Shown here: in pieces, positions 62,872-64,000 of the stretch
Position numbering within the stretch: position 1 is the stretch's first letter
How the letters are laid out: each line of letters starts with the position of its first letter
Assembly: GCA_000997475.1 (NCBI GenBank)
Contig: LCEC01000001.1
Location: forward strand, 375-64,374
Origin: Parcubacteria group bacterium GW2011_GWB1_42_6
Lineage (GTDB): Bacteria > Patescibacteriota > Minisyncoccia > Portnoybacterales > GWB1-42-6
Length of the DNA: 64,000 nucleotides
Direction of reading: 5' to 3'
The notes under the pieces: generated by a model
Seen by the model: only the letters and a program-made list of their open reading frames with translations
Told to the model about the DNA's origin: nothing
The model's database searches: none
Made by a program: the position numbers and the translations under genes

Positions 62872-64000
62872 GTGAAAATAGCTTTAATCCATGATTTTTT
62901 GATCAGATTCGGAGGAGCGGAGAGGGTGCTTTTGGAATTGGCGCGAATGTTTCCGGAAGCGCCCATTTATACCCTGCTTTATGATAAAGAAAAAATGTCC
63001 CAATGGTTTGAACCGGAAAGGGTAAAAGTTTCTTTTTTGCAAAAATTCCCCCGCTTTTTGCGCCGAAATCATAAATTGCTTTTGCCTTTGATGATAGTGG
63101 CGCCGGAAACCTTTGATTTGCGGGATTTTGATTTGGTTATTTCTTCTTCATCCGCTTATGCCAAAGGAGTAATCACGAGGCCTAAAACCATCCATATAAA
63201 TTATTGCCATAATCCGGCGAGGTTTATTTGGGATTATTCTTTTGAATATTTAAAAGAACAAGAGTTGGGTTTAATAAGCGGAGCTATTTCCAGAATATTT
63301 TTCAGCTATTTTCGCCTTTGGGACCGTTCGGCGAGCAAACGGGTGGATTATTTTATCGCCAATTCCCAATCTACGGCGCGGCGCATCCGGAAATATTACC
63401 GCCGTGATTCAAGAATAATATTTCCGCCTTGCCGGATTCCCCAAAACGGATTTAATGTCTGCGAAAAAAATTTGCAAGACATGGGCGCTGTTTTGCCAAA
63501 TGATTTCTTTTTGATAATTTCCCAGCTCGCTCCTTATAAAAAAATAGACGCGGCGGTTGAGGCTTTTAATAAGCTCGGCTTGCCTTTGATTGTTATTGGC
63601 GATGGTCCGCAAAAAAAATATTTGCAAAAAATTGCCAAATCCAACGTAAAAATCATGGGCTGGCTGGATGACAAAGAAACTTTTCAGTATCTTCGGGGCT
63701 GCCAAGCCTTAATTTTTTCGGGCGAGGATGATTTTGGCATTGCGCCGGTTGAGGCGATGGGTTTTGGCAAGCCTGTTTTGGCGCTAAATCGCGGCGGAGC
63801 ATTGGAAACGGTGATTCCCGGAAAAACCGGAGAATTTTTTGATTCGCCCACGCCCGAAGTCATAGCTGAAGGAGTGCGGCGCTTGCGCGAAAATATGCCC
63901 GAATACGATCCTATGGAAATTCATAACCATGTCAAACAATTTTCGGCGGAGAGGTTTAGAGAAGAGATAAAACAATTTATCGGTGAAAAATATCGATTGG
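62872..64000 (+). CDS. Glycosyltransferase family 4, second copy (3' end lies outside the window)
   Basis: GTG start; IALIHDFLIRFGGAERVLLELARMF N-terminus and ..EDDFGIAPVEAMGFGKPVLA; open to the window end; absent from the ORF track, presumably because it has no stop in the window. Confidence 0.7.
   Translation, partial: MKIALIHDFLIRFGGAERVLLELARMFPEAPIYTLLYDKEKMSQWFEPERVKVSFLQKFPRFLRRNHKLLLPLMIVAPETFDLRDFDLVISSSSAYAKGVITRPKTIHINYCHNPARFIWDYSFEYLKEQELGLISGAISRIFFSYFRLWDRSASKRVDYFIANSQSTARRIRKYYRRDSRIIFPPCRIPQNGFNVCEKNLQDMGAVLPNDFFLIISQLAPYKKIDAAVEAFNKLGLPLIVIGDGPQKKYLQKIAKSNVKIMGWLDDKETFQYLRGCQALIFSGEDDFGIAPVEAMGFGKPVLALNRGGALETVIPGKTGEFFDSPTPEVIAEGVRRLRENMPEYDPMEIHNHVKQFSAERFREEIKQFIGEKYRL

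Overview
The 64-kb window is AT-rich (roughly 40% GC by eye) and gene-dense on both strands. Its gene content and organisation resemble a small-genome, Candidate Phyla Radiation / Patescibacteria-like bacterium. Supporting this: a short-form AlaRS without the C-terminal domain, lysine-rich N-terminal extensions on S9 and S11, many hypothetical membrane proteins, and the standard genetic code (UGA is a stop, for example in rpmJ). Three things stand out. (1) Positions ~750-20050 hold a large nonulosonic-acid (legionaminic/sialic-like) glycan cluster. It has two NeuB-family synthases, two CMP-sugar synthetases, a dehydratase, a DegT aminotransferase, a hexapeptide acetyltransferase, a frameshifted NeuC/LegG-like epimerase, a WbuX/WbuY/WbuZ-like acetamidino-forming trio flanked by two paralogous Zn-ribbon methyltransferases, a B12-binding radical SAM enzyme, a 2-hydroxyacid dehydrogenase, an EamA-like small membrane protein and a WbaP-like initiating phosphoglycosyltransferase. 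(2) Housekeeping genes make up much of the remainder: murB, hpf, a polyamine operon (archaeal-type pyruvoyl arginine decarboxylase, deoxyhypusine-synthase-like protein, agmatinase), secA, secD, secF, efp, mnmA, alaS, a NUDIX hydrolase, infA-rpmJ-rpsM-rpsK-rpsD-rpoA-rplQ-rplM-rpsI, murA, mreB and GT4 glycosyltransferases. (3) The accessory and unusual content includes an IS200/IS605 tnpA with flanking hairpins, GC-richer islands (26.9-30.4 kb, 34.4-34.8 kb, 57.0-57.8 kb), and a split membrane-anchor plus VirD4/TraD-like ATPase pair. There is also a 1.8-kb ORF-free region with a consensus promoter, multiple hairpins and a strong terminator (candidate structured ncRNA). The window carries a striking population of small repeats: GC-rich C-run/G-run palindromes inserted in frame into conserved genes (secA, alaS, agmatinase, a GT4), MITE-like elements with CCCGCACCTA..-type terminal inverted repeats that flank alaS-nudix in inverted orientation, and intergenic arrays of 7-9-mer motifs (TACGGAT, TTCGTAATT, GCGAAT, CGCGGAT, GGAAATT, TTTTAGCA) in promoter-proximal positions, including near-identical modules directly abutting start codons. 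No rRNA, tRNA or CRISPR array was found.
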